Source of the DNA: Macrostomum lignano
Taxonomy: Eukaryota
Length of the DNA: 64,000 nucleotides
Assembly: GCA_002269645.1 (NCBI GenBank)
Contig: NIVC01000720.1
Span: 1 to 64,000, forward strand
Direction of reading: 5' to 3'
Part shown: positions 48,244-59,900 of the stretch, piece by piece
Layout: each line of letters starts with the position of its first letter
How positions within the stretch are numbered: the first letter of the stretch is position 1
Position numbers and translations under genes: made by a program
The notes under the pieces: model-generated
The model's database searches: none
What the model saw: only the letters and a program-made list of their open reading frames with translations
Told to the model about the DNA's origin: nothing

Positions 48244-50345
48244 ATGATGGAGTCAGCGGCTAGTGATGCGGTGGAGGAGACAGCGGCATTCGATGAACAG
48301 GTGTGTAACTTTGTGTTCCTGACAGCGCTTAGGGGCAGGGCTATTTGACTGACAGGTGATGCTCTGCCCCATAAAGTTCTAGAGATAGCATAAGGATAAA
48401 GATAGAGCTGAGATATAGACACTCTAGAGACAGAGCTAATATCTCTTGAACTTTATGCTCTGTCCTTTGTCTGACAGCTTATGGATCCTTTTCTAACAGG
48501 TGATGTCCCTTTATCTAACAGGTGATGTCCCTTTTCTAACAGGTGATATCCCCTTTATCTAACAGGTGATGTCCCTTTATCTAACATGTGATATCCCCTT
48601 TATCTAACAGGTGATATCCCCTTTATCTAACAGGTGATATCCCCTTTATCTAACAGGTGATGTCCCTTTATCTAACACGTGATATCCCCTTTATCTAACA
48701 GGTGATATCCCCTTTATCTAACAGGTGATATCCCCTTTATCTAACAGGTGATATCCCCTTTATCTAACAGGTGATATCCCCTTTATCTAACAGGTGATAT
48801 CCCCTTTATCTAACAGGTGATATCCCCTTTATCTAACAGGTGATGTCCCTTTATCTAACATGTGATATCCCCTTTATCTAACAGGTGATATCCCCTTTAT
48901 CTAACAGGTGATATCCCCTTTATCTAACAGGTGATATCCCCTTTATCTAACAGGTGATATCCCCTTTATCTAACAGGTGATATCCCCTTTATCTAACAGG
49001 TGATATCCCCTTTATCTAACAGGTGATATCCCCTTTATCTAACAGGTGATATCCCTTTATCTAACAGGTGATATCCCCTTTATCTAACATGTGATATCCC
49101 CTTTATCTAACAGGTGATATCCCCTTTATCTAACAGGTGATATCCCCTTTATCTAACAGGTGATATCCCCTATCTAACAGGTGATATCCCTTTATCTAAC
49201 AGGTGATATCCCCTATCTAACAGGTGATATCCCTTTATCTAACAGGTGATATCCTCTTTATCTAACAGGTGATATCCCCTTTATCTAACAGGTGATATCC
49301 CCTTTATCTAACAGGTGATATCCCTTTATCTAACAGGTGATATCCCTTTATCTAACAGGTGATATCCCCTTTATCTAACAGGTGATATCCCCTTTATCTA
49401 ACAGGTGATATCCCCTTTATCTAACAGGTGATATCCCTTTATCTAACAGGTGGTGTTTCTTTTATCTAACAGGTGATGTCCCGTTTCTGAACATGCGATG
49501 TGACTTGGTGATCCCATGCAGAGCAAAATGCATTATTAAATCCCCCAACGCAGACGGAGGAAACAGACGAGTGCCGAATCTGTCGCAGCTCGGTGGCTGA
49601 ACTGCTGGCAGCCGATGGCGGCTGCTCCCGCGGCTGCTGCTGCCGCCTGTTCTGCCCCGGTTGCCAGCGGAGGCAGCCGCGCTTCAGTCAGCGACCGCCG
49701 CTGCACCGCCTGCGATGCGCCTGCACTGGCAGCGTACGCCACGTGTGCGCCAGTTGCTACCGACGCTACTACCTTGCCAGGGGCCTGAGCGCCTGCGAGA
49801 TTTGCCGTCAGCCGACCGGCTTAGAGAACGAAGTTATCGATGGAGGCGACGGCGGACTCTGCAAGCGGATAAGCGTGGCAACCTGCTCGAATGAAGTCCC
49901 CTTCATCGTGTACGCCCTGTTTCTCACATTCGCCATCGTGATTATCTTCGTGCTCTTCTTCGAAGCCAACGCAGCCGACTCGGCTGCAGAGCAGCAATCC
50001 GGTACGTCGACGGCGAGTCCTTCAACGCCAACTCAGCAGCCGCCGTCAAGCCCGCAGCGCCGGATGCAGAGAATCATCTTCGTCGGTATAGCCTCGGCAA
50101 ACCTGGGCATCGCCCTGGCCTACATCTGCTTCAGCTACTGGCGCCACCGCCGCCTGGCTGACCGATGCTGCCGACATCGTTTGCAGCCATTGGACAGCTT
50201 CGTCGCTGACGATGTTGATCGGCGAGCTCCGCAACCTCAGCCAGTCATCCTGTCGGTCGGCGCGGTAACGCTGGCGATTCCTCAGCAGCCGCCACCGGTG
50301 CCGCCTCGACTGCCGCAGTCGCAACGCCTTGCCGTGTCCGTGTGA
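48244..50345 (+). CDS. RING-CH (MARCH-like) membrane E3 ubiquitin ligase with two TM helices, ~282 aa
   Basis: join(48244..48300,49554..50345), phase 0. The splice restores the CRIC motif just upstream of the listed ORF, followed by CACTGSVRHVCASC, CEIC and two hydrophobic segments. Confidence 0.75.
48495..49475. repeat. 23-bp minisatellite (tatctaacaggtgatatcccctt) filling the RING-CH gene intron
   Basis: About 42 copies. Confidence 0.97.
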
Positions 50346-51497
50346 TTCTAAAAGCGTCTGGTATTCTGTCTCTAGAATTTTAAATTTAATCAACCGCCTT
50401 GCCTACTGATCGATTTTATGTAAGTAGTGTCAAACGGATATTAGTTCAGCTATTAAAAGCAAAACCCATAATTTTCACGAACACTTTTCAAACCCTATTT
50501 TCGTACTACACATAAATTTTGCCCCGACTAGTATGCTGCATACTTTTATAAATTTTTATGTGAGCTTGTGAAGAAACTAGTAAAAGTTGCGCTTTTCAAT
50601 AATACTCTTAGTCTAAAGTGCAATGTACAATTATCACCGTTTTTTATTATATGGTTGCCGACAATTTTTGCTTTTAATACGGCTTGCCTGACTTCCCTGT
50701 CCCATTGATCCTTAAAGTTTTAAAAGTTTTGGTGTTCAAGCTTTGCTTCAAATAGCTCTCGATATTTTACCTTCGTGTTTAATGCACCTTTATTAACTTG
50801 TAATTGTGCTAATGAAACAAAATGATAACGTGATTGATGAGACGAATGAATAAATCGTGCTTTTTTAATGTAAAAATGAATAAATGAAGACCGATCGACA
50901 ATTCAGTCTAAGCTTTTGTCCGCTTAACTTTATAATAACAGACAAGATTATTGAAGCTTGCTATTTAATTTTTTATTCGTTTATATTACGACTGTCATTC
51001 AATTAACAAAAAAGCTTCTAAGAAAATGAATGAAAATTTATTAACAACGTAAACGTTGATTAGAGCTTTGAATCTGACCACTAAATAAGCAGACTGTGCC
51101 GTCACACTCTACTCACGTGATAGCCAGCCGCTATTTGCACTCTTACTTCTAGATTCGTTGGCTTTATTCAAATGTACACTGCCAAACTGTTTTAGTGTAC
51201 ACTGTATATATTTATATAGTCTAGATAGGGTTTTATTATCAATGTACGTTAGTGGACTGTGTGTACACCAAGACCGCGCGTATGAACCCAAAAAGCCATT
51301 CCCCCTCTCTCTGCCCCGATTCTCTAGTACAGTAAGCAAAGGACGAGTAATTCCATTATAAAAGATAGGGGCTTTGCCTTAGTGAAAAGCCCTCGCTTTG
51401 AAACTGTTTATTAGCTAGTGACATTTTAAAGCCCGATTAGAATAGCACATTTATTGGTCAAATAAAGAACTAATCCAGTAAAAAACTTCTCCGCAGA

Positions 51498-53394
51498 ATG
51501 AACCCGTTCGACTTGTTGGTGAGTGCTTTGATAAGTACGTGGCAATCATTCCCAAGGCAAGGCTAAACACTAACAGGAGTGACTAGCATTTTAGCAAGTC
51601 TTTTCGAAGGCTTCAAATCAATATGAAATTTCGAGCTTGTGAAAGCGCGCCCTTCCTCCAGGCCCCTGAGATCATCGTTCCCTGAAGACATCGCCCTGAA
51701 TGCATAAAGATAATAGAATGCCAAATAATAATAGGTTTGATTCTTTTGTTTAAAACATTCTTCAACCCCGGTCGCCGCAGCCGCCCGGCCTCAAGAAGCG
51801 CCTCATCCGCTGGCTGGAGGACAACCGCGGCCTGGTGATTGTGCTGTTCTGCCTGCCGGCCTCCTTCATATTCGACACCGGCCTGAGCCTCTACAAGTGG
51901 TTCCAGCGGACTCTGCTCAGCGCGCCGGAACGACACGACGCTCGAGTCCGTCAGATTCAGCGCCGAGTTGGCGACTGGAACAAGCAGGACGCGGCCAGCC
52001 GACGCCCGATGTGCACCAGCCGGCCCAACTGGCTGTCGCTGTCCACCACCTTCTTCAAGAAGTCCGAATGCCATCGCATACCCGTGGATCTGTACGACAT
52101 CCTGCATTTGGACACCGAACGCATGGTTGTCCGAGTCGAGCCCATGGTTACTGTTGGCGATATCACTCGATATTTGATTCCGCGCGGCTACACCTTGGCT
52201 GTCACCTTGGAGATTAGCGACGCAACTTGCGGCGGTTTGGCTCTCGGCGTTGGCATGACAACCTACAGTCACCGGGTTGGCCTGTACCAGGAGACCATCG
52301 TCAGCTACGATGTTGTCCTTGGCGACGGCAGCCTGGTCCGAGCTACAGCAGACAACGAGCACAAGGACCTGTACTACTGCCTGCCGTGGTCGCACGGCAC
52401 CCTGGGCTTTCTTGTCGCCCTGGAGCTGCAGATCATCCCAGTCAAGCAGTTCGTACACATGCGCTACATCCCAGTCCGCGGCCAGAAGCAGTACTGCGAC
52501 CGGATGCGCGAGCTCAGCGGTGCTCTGGACAAGGACGCTAAACTGCCCGACTACCTGGAAGCCACCGTGTTCGATCGGGACAGCGCCGTCATCATGGTTG
52601 GCAACTTCGCCAAGGTGGACACCCCGGAGAAGGCCGCCAAGGTCAACCATGTGACGCGCTGGTACAAGCCCTGGTTCTATAAGCACGTTGAGACGTTCCT
52701 GACCAAGGGAGAGTCCGATGAGTACATCCCACTGCGCGACTACCTACTGCGGCACAATAGAGCCATCTTCTGGGTGCTGGAGTCCATGATCCCGTTTGGC
52801 AACCATCCCGTGTTCCGCCTGTTCCTCGGCTGGCTCTGCCCGCCAAAGCCGGCCTTCTTGAAGTTTACCACCACCCCTGGCATCCGGGCGATGACATTCT
52901 CCAAGCAGGTGTTCCAAGACATCGTGCTTCCAATGACAGTGCTAGAGGAGTCCATCGACCTGTCTGAGAAGCTATTCGACACTTATCCTGTCCTGATTTA
53001 TCCTTGCCGAATCTACGACCATGGCCCCAGCAACCGGGGCCAGCTAAGGTCGCCAAAATCCGACCAGATTTGCCCGGGCGCGAACTACGGAATGTTCTAC
53101 GATCTGGGCGTCTACGGCACCCCGGGACCGGTGAGGCGAAAGCGCGGTTACTACAACCCGGTTGAGAGCATGCGCGCTATGGAGGCCTTCATCCGCAAGG
53201 TGGGCGGCTACAGCTTCCTGTACGCTGACATCTTCCTCACCGAGGAGGAGTTCAACGAGATGTTCGACCTGGAGGCCTACAACCGGGCGCGAAAGATGTA
53301 CCACGCCGAGGGCGCCTTCCCCAGGCTGTACGAGAAAGTCCGACCCGAGGTTGACGTAGTGAAAATTGGCAATGAGTATGCTCAGGCTGAGTGA
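51498..53394 (+). CDS. DHCR24: Delta(24)-sterol reductase (FAD-linked oxidoreductase), ~544 aa
   Basis: join(51498..51518,51781..53394). LEDNRGLVIVLFCLPASF, RVEPMVTVG, GGLALGVGM, LPWSHGTLGFL and FPRLYEKV are DHCR24/DWF1-type motifs. The 7-codon first exon is less certain than the main exon. Confidence 0.92.
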
Positions 53395-53909
53395 GGCCTT
53401 GATGGACTTCGCCCCCAGCCTGGCACCGGCTGGCACTGTGTGCGAGCGAAGTCAACTTGTGTCAGATAATAAACCACTGAGAGACCGTTTATCTATGAGT
53501 CTCCCTCTCTAAAGTGTCAGTAAAGGTCAAATATGGTGTCAGACTAAAATTAAAATTCACTTTATTTGAAAACGTAACTTGCTATGAACTTTATTTAAAT
53601 AGTTTTTATTTTAACTTAAATATACACACCTATTCTTGAAGTAAAGGCGAGATCTAATGAACAAAAAATCGTACCTTTTTAGTGGGTTATTCCGCAAGAA
53701 AGTACATCGCATACTTTAGACAAAAAGCTGATGAACTGATGGATATCTTCTAACACTAAAGGCCGTTAATTTAGGCCAATCAGAACGGTTGCTTCTAAAC
53801 TAACAAAGTGCATTTCATGCTCTGATTTCTCATTGCTCCTCTCCTAAGAAATCGATCGGGGAGTAGCAAACGCAGGTCTCTTAGTCAGGTCTGTTATCCA
53901 GCAGAATGG

Positions 53910-56900
53910 CTACACAAAGATAAGCCCGGACATTGTGTACACCCAGAAGACCTTCTCAATAGCAGTGGCATAGGCCGCGGTGCGCAGGTCCCAGCCCAGA
54001 TTGTACCTGGCTGCCGTGTGCATCATCTCTCTGGCGGCCTTGTTCATCGTCCAGTCCAGGCCGGAGCTCACGATGTCCTTCTCGCCGGCGCCCGCCATCC
54101 GTAGCTCGTACTCGGGGCTAGGCGTGATGGGGATCTCCGAGCCCTGCTGCTTCTTGCTGAACTTGCGCTCCAGCGACTCTTGAACGCTGCGCAACAGGTG
54201 ATAATTGGAGTCCTTCTCGTACTTGAGCATCAGTCGGCCGTAGCTCACGTGGTTGAGGTTCTTCAGCCATTCGAAATAGGAGACGGTCACTCCGCCAGCG
54301 TTGGCAAACAGGTCAGGCAGCACCAGGACTCCCTTGGACTGCAGGATCCTGTCCGCCTCCACTGTTGTTGGGCCGTTGGCACCTTCCACAACCAACTTGG
54401 CCAGCACTCGGTCGGCGTTGTCCCGGTGCAGGACGCCTTCCACAGCGGCTGGGATCAGAATATCGCACTGGGCGAACAGCAGGTCTCCGGCTGGCTGGAA
54501 TTCCTGAGCACCCGGGTAGCCAACAATGGTGCCGTGCTCCTGCGGGTTTCAGAAAAAAGCACTGGTTGTACTTTGCCCTCTTCCGGAATGCTACTTGTTA
54601 ACAAGCTGGGTAACAAGATTTATGAAATAAAACTGTGGTTGTACAATGAAGATATCGACATTGGTCTTTTCTCAGAAACGTCTGGGCTTAATATAACAAA
54701 GTTGATAATTTTTTTTAAATGGCTATATGCCATTATCAGGTATTATGTCCCTGAATGTCGCAGAGGACTGGCAGCTGCCTATAAACATACCCTAAAAATT
54801 TCAGGCATTAAGAAGTATTTAGACAATTATAACAACGAATTTAGTTGCCTTGATGTTAAACTCAATAATAAAGCTATTGACATCCTGCAGGTGTCACTTT
54901 TGTACAGGGCCCCCTATCCTGAAAGAATTAATCTGGAGATCCTCGAGCAACACTACTAGCTTACCCCAAGTCGATTGTGATGGGTGACCTAAATTGCCGA
55001 CATCCCATGCTGGGCGATGACAGCGCTGGCAATTTTCCTGGAAAACAACTGTATGAATGGTTGGAAAACCACCGCGACCCTCCTGCTCCTCTCGATTGTT
55101 ACGGTGACTGCACCAGAATTAACAATAGTCGTGGTAATTCAGTGGGAAATGTCCTTGACCTGGGCATCTGTTCTCCCAAAGTCCAACTTGTCAGTGCAGT
55201 GAGGTTCTGGTGGGTAAGGACAGTGACCATCTCCCTATAGTTTATTAAGCTCTATCTGGACCCCAACTCCAAACAGGCCCCTTAACCTCTCAAGAGCTTC
55301 TGGCATACTGATTAGGAATCCTTTAGATATGCCCTGCAGGACAAACTTGAGAACTGTAGTCTCATTTGCTCTCGAATCTCAACTCCCGAGAATCTTGACA
55401 TTGTCATTGAAAACTTACTGAGAAAAATCATCGAAGGTATGGAAGAATTGTCCCCTTTGGTGACCCAAGGGAGCCGCTAGCTGACTAATCATCTGTATCT
55501 GGCACGACGCAGGGGTGGTGCCCTGGCGGATGACGCTGCCGCAGCTGTCACAGTTAAGCGGGCCGGGGTTTTGTTCGATGTCGCCGGAGAGGATGACATG
55601 AGCAACGAGCCATGGAAGGTTGACGATGCACCAGGAGAAGACAACGAGGTTGAGGAGGGTCACGCGGTGACCGCCGCCGCGCTCTGCGTCCGTGCCGAGA
55701 GCACGAGACGAGGCTGGCGGGTTCAGTTGCCTGATGGTTGACATCTTGGTGGGGCCGACCAGGGCCGACCATCCGGGTCGCCACGGAGAGGCGATGTCCT
55801 TGACCCCGCCCCCGAAGGATGGACTTGGCGCGACGGGCTTCTTCTTCTTCTTCTTCCGACACCCCACAACGCTGCCCCGGCAGCTGGGGGGAGGGCGCTC
55901 ACAGGCGCCCCAACCTGCGCAGGAGCAGGAGCACGTCCTCTGGATGGTCAAGGATGTCTCCTGCTCGGAGTCTGGCGCGGAGCGCATCCCCGCGTGGGCA
56001 TTGCCGCAGGATGTGGTCCTCCGTGTCCGGAAGTCTACAGTCCCGGCACCGCGGGTCGTCGGTGATGCCAAGGCGGTGACGCGTGGCCTGTGCCAGGCTG
56101 GAGCAGCCGGCCTGCAGTTGGTTGATGGCCACCGCCTTGCTCCGGCTGAGATTGTTCGGGGGGCTCTTCCATGATGGTCCAACGAGTTGACGGTCCAGCG
56201 CAACGCGCGCTCTTTGGATTGCTGCTTTGGCTGCCTGAAGCGATATTGGCCCGTTCTGTTGATCGGTATTTCTGGCGCTGTTGGCTAGCTTGTCAGCCCG
56301 CTCGTTATCGCCGATGCCGCAGTGCGCGGGCACCCAGACGAGTTCGCAGGTGCGGCTGGACGCGGCCAGCAGGGCGAGCAGGTCCCAGCAGCTACGGCCA
56401 GTGCCGGTGGCTTGCTGTCCAGGACCAGCCTCGAGCGCACTCAGGGCGGACCGGGAGTCAGTGTGGAGGCGAATAGTGGTGCCGTGACAGGCTGGCAGCT
56501 CATTGACGTAGCTGAGGCCGGCTTGGATGGCCACCATTTCGGCCTGGAAGCTGCTGGCGATGTGGCCGGCCGGGGCTGCGACGGTGCTGCACCAAAGGCG
56601 CGTGGTGACCACAGCCGCGCCCCACGCGTTGTTGATACCACCACTGGCCGATCCATCGGTCCATAGCTCAATATCCACCGGCGCCATGGCCGCCAGGAGG
56701 TGCTGGGCCCGTTCCTTCTTAATGCTGGCGGGGAGCCATCGGTTGCAGGTCTCTCCCAACTCAAGGTGGAAGCTGACGGCTCCTCCGCCGTCGTCGAGGA
56801 TCTTCGGGCTAACCCACGGCTGCACCGGATCCCTTGCCAGGTCGTCGAGGCCGAGGCACAGTTCCTGGCTGAAGCGGCGCCAGCATCTACGGTGCGGACG

Positions 56901-59900
56901 CTGGTACTCCACCTTCAGCAGGGTGCGGCCGCCTTTAGAGGGGTCCATTTGCCTGACGTTGGTAGCATCCTCAGCCTGCTGCCGCCTCTCGCTTTCAGCG
57001 CCGCGACGGGCCGCGAAGGGTGGACCCGCGACGGGCTGCTGCTGCTGCTGCTGGGCAAGCCACTCAACTCCGCCCAGACCAGAGATCCCTTCTACATCAT
57101 CGCCCACATGACCAACAGTCCGTACTCACTCGACTGGGCAATGCCAGATCGGCCTGACCTACATCTGGACGCTGGACAAAGAGTCCTCCATGAAGTCCTA
57201 CATCAACCTGGGAGTGCACGGCATCATCACCAACCGGCCTGGACTGCTCAAGAAGCTGGCGGGAAAACTCGGACTCCGACTGGGCAATGCGCGAGGGCGC
57301 CAACGCAGTCGAGGCAGACATCCAGTACGACGGATATGGCAACCCGACTGAGTTCGAGCACCGTGGATTCTGCGACTGCAGCTGCCCACACCCCGGCAGC
57401 TACCACATCTGCAGCCACTCGCTCAGGGGCTGCTCAGGCAGAGGCGCCAGTGCTAGCGCCTCCAGCCACCTGTGCCACATGGCGAGGCTGCCTGGACTCG
57501 CTCTCATCATCCTGGACGGCAAGGTGGACCCAAAGTGGGGCGACAGACTCGCCACTGCTGGCGCCAACATCGCCAGGCTCGTGGAGCGCGAGCTCTTTGG
57601 TAACGGCTACCGCGGCAAGGTCGTCATCTCGGCCGGCAAGATCAACTGCTTCGAGTACGTCTACGTGGCGGCCAGGACTGCCAGCGGATTCCGCAAAAAA
57701 GACCGCTACTACTTCGCCTTCGACCAGGAGGGCGATAAGTACAGCTCCGTGGCCGCCATGCTGTCCAGGTTCACCCGGAAGCGCGCATTCGGCACCGGAA
57801 TCAGCGCCTGCGCGCCCGGCACCTACTACAGCGGCATCAGGCAGGCCGTGGCCGGCGTTCGCAGCGGCCAGATCGGCCTGACCTACATCTGGACGCTGGA
57901 CAAAGAGTCCTCCATGAAGTCCTACATCAACCTGGGAGTGCACGGCATCATCACCAACCGGCCTGGACTGCTCAAGAAGCTGGCGGGAAAACTCGGACTC
58001 CGACTGGCCCGGCCTGGAGACGCCATCCCGATCGCTAGGGCGGACGTGAGCTCGCCGAACAACTGCGACTGCGACTATCACAAGGGCGGCTGCACCATCT
58101 CCTCTCCCGCTCCGCCGTTCAAGGCCTGCCGCTGCAAGTACAAGGGCTTTTGGACCTGCGGCGGCTCGGTTGTGAGCTGCAGCAGCTCTTATTTCAAGTG
58201 CAGAAACCCCGACGGGTCCAGGGCCGCTTGCCGAATTGGCGGCGGAGACTGCGGCGGCTATTGATGACGCTTCTACTGAATACATGTAAATGCTTGCTAC
58301 AGCGGCTGTGCCAGACAGACCTATTTATACATGTTTATAACTATTTATAGCACTAGCATAGCATATTTGAGACTAATCCGCTTGCTTAAACCATTATAAA
58401 AGCAGAAAAACGATACAATTTCTTTGATTTTTAAATTACTTTTTACGTTCCCTGCGTTTTCGAGGAAAACATTAATGAGGTAAAAATCTCTATTCTATTA
58501 GATATAGGGATATTTCCTGTTTGATAAAGGGACATCACCTGTTAGGCGTACTGATTGGTAAATATACCTTTTTACGTTCTATTTGATAAAAACTGCAACC
58601 AATTTGGCCACGGCTCAGCCTGACCATAGACATAGAATTTCCATAGACAGCCACCGCTAGCGGCAACCAATTTGGTAAAAACTGCGAGCTACTCGTATTT
58701 TGCCAGCTTGAAGATCTGGACGGCGAGGACTCAAGGCCGCTCAGCGAAGGGGCTCCCAGTTGTGACTGTCGTCAGCGGACAGCGTGGGCAGAATCTCACC
58801 ATCTGCCTGGCCATCTCGCAACTCGGCCTGATTCACAGCACTCTCGTCGAAGGAGGCTTTAAGAACGAGCACTTCATGGAATTCCTCTCTGAGATCGATG
58901 TTCTGATGGAAGAGGAGTTTGTGCTACTGTCCGATGGGGCTCGCGCTCACCTAGGTGTCTCTGGGATGTCTGAAGGTCATGCTCACCGATTCCTGCCTCC
59001 ATACTCGCCGTTCATCAACCCGGCGGAGTACGCAGGCTCAGCGCTGAAGGCCAAGCTGAAAACACAATTGCAATCACCTGCCATTCAGCGCGAGGTGGCA
59101 GATACTGGACTGGCTGCTGCAGCAGGTGCGACACTGCATCAGCACAGGATGCGCATTCTGAAAAGAGAAGTGCAGCAAGCACTGAACTGCATCACGCCTC
59201 TCAAGTGCCTGCGCTGGATCAACCATTCCCAGACGTACTTCAATCGGTGCTTGAATGCTGAGGACATAATGTTCTGACTTCGTGCATGTATTGTTAACAT
59301 TCTTTATCGTTATTGTTATGCTATTGAGCTGCTATCTTCAAGCTGGCAAAATAGCTCGCAGTTTTTACCAAATTGGTTGCCGCTAGCGGTGGCTGTCTAT
59401 GGAAAATTGCTGCGGCTGCGTCAGGCTGAGCCGTGGCCAAATTGGTTGCAGTTTTTATGAAATAGAACGTAAAAAGGAATATAATCTGCTGTATTATACA
59501 TTGGCTAAGTCATTAACTGCCCGCTAATTTGCATTAAAGTAAGGTTGACATAGACTGTTTGTTCGATATTTCTTTCCTGCAAGCGGGCTTAAATGTAGTC
59601 TATGGCATTAAAAGGTAAGAATAAGTGCCCAGCGGGCACAAAGGTCATGGTACAATATATAAATCCTTCAGGCTTTCTAGGGCAGAAAGGAGGAGAATCC
59701 GAGGGCTGCGAAGCGGCACGAGGATTTCCGACTTTTTGCCCTAGATAACCTGCTGGATTTGTATTCCTTCTTGATTTTGCGGGCGGGCCGAGAAACGACA
59801 TTCTTCGGCCCGCGAGTCAAACTGCATTTGCTTCAGACTACCTGGTAAGTTCAGTGCAAGTCCTGATTCTCGGCCCGCAAGAAAATAGAATTTGTCTATG

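Noticed and set aside
51613-52686. 357-aa antisense ORF over DHCR24 (and similar antisense ORFs over TM9SF1, SMase D and GDH)
   Set aside because: These are expected shadow frames of GC3-rich coding sequence with no independent motifs.
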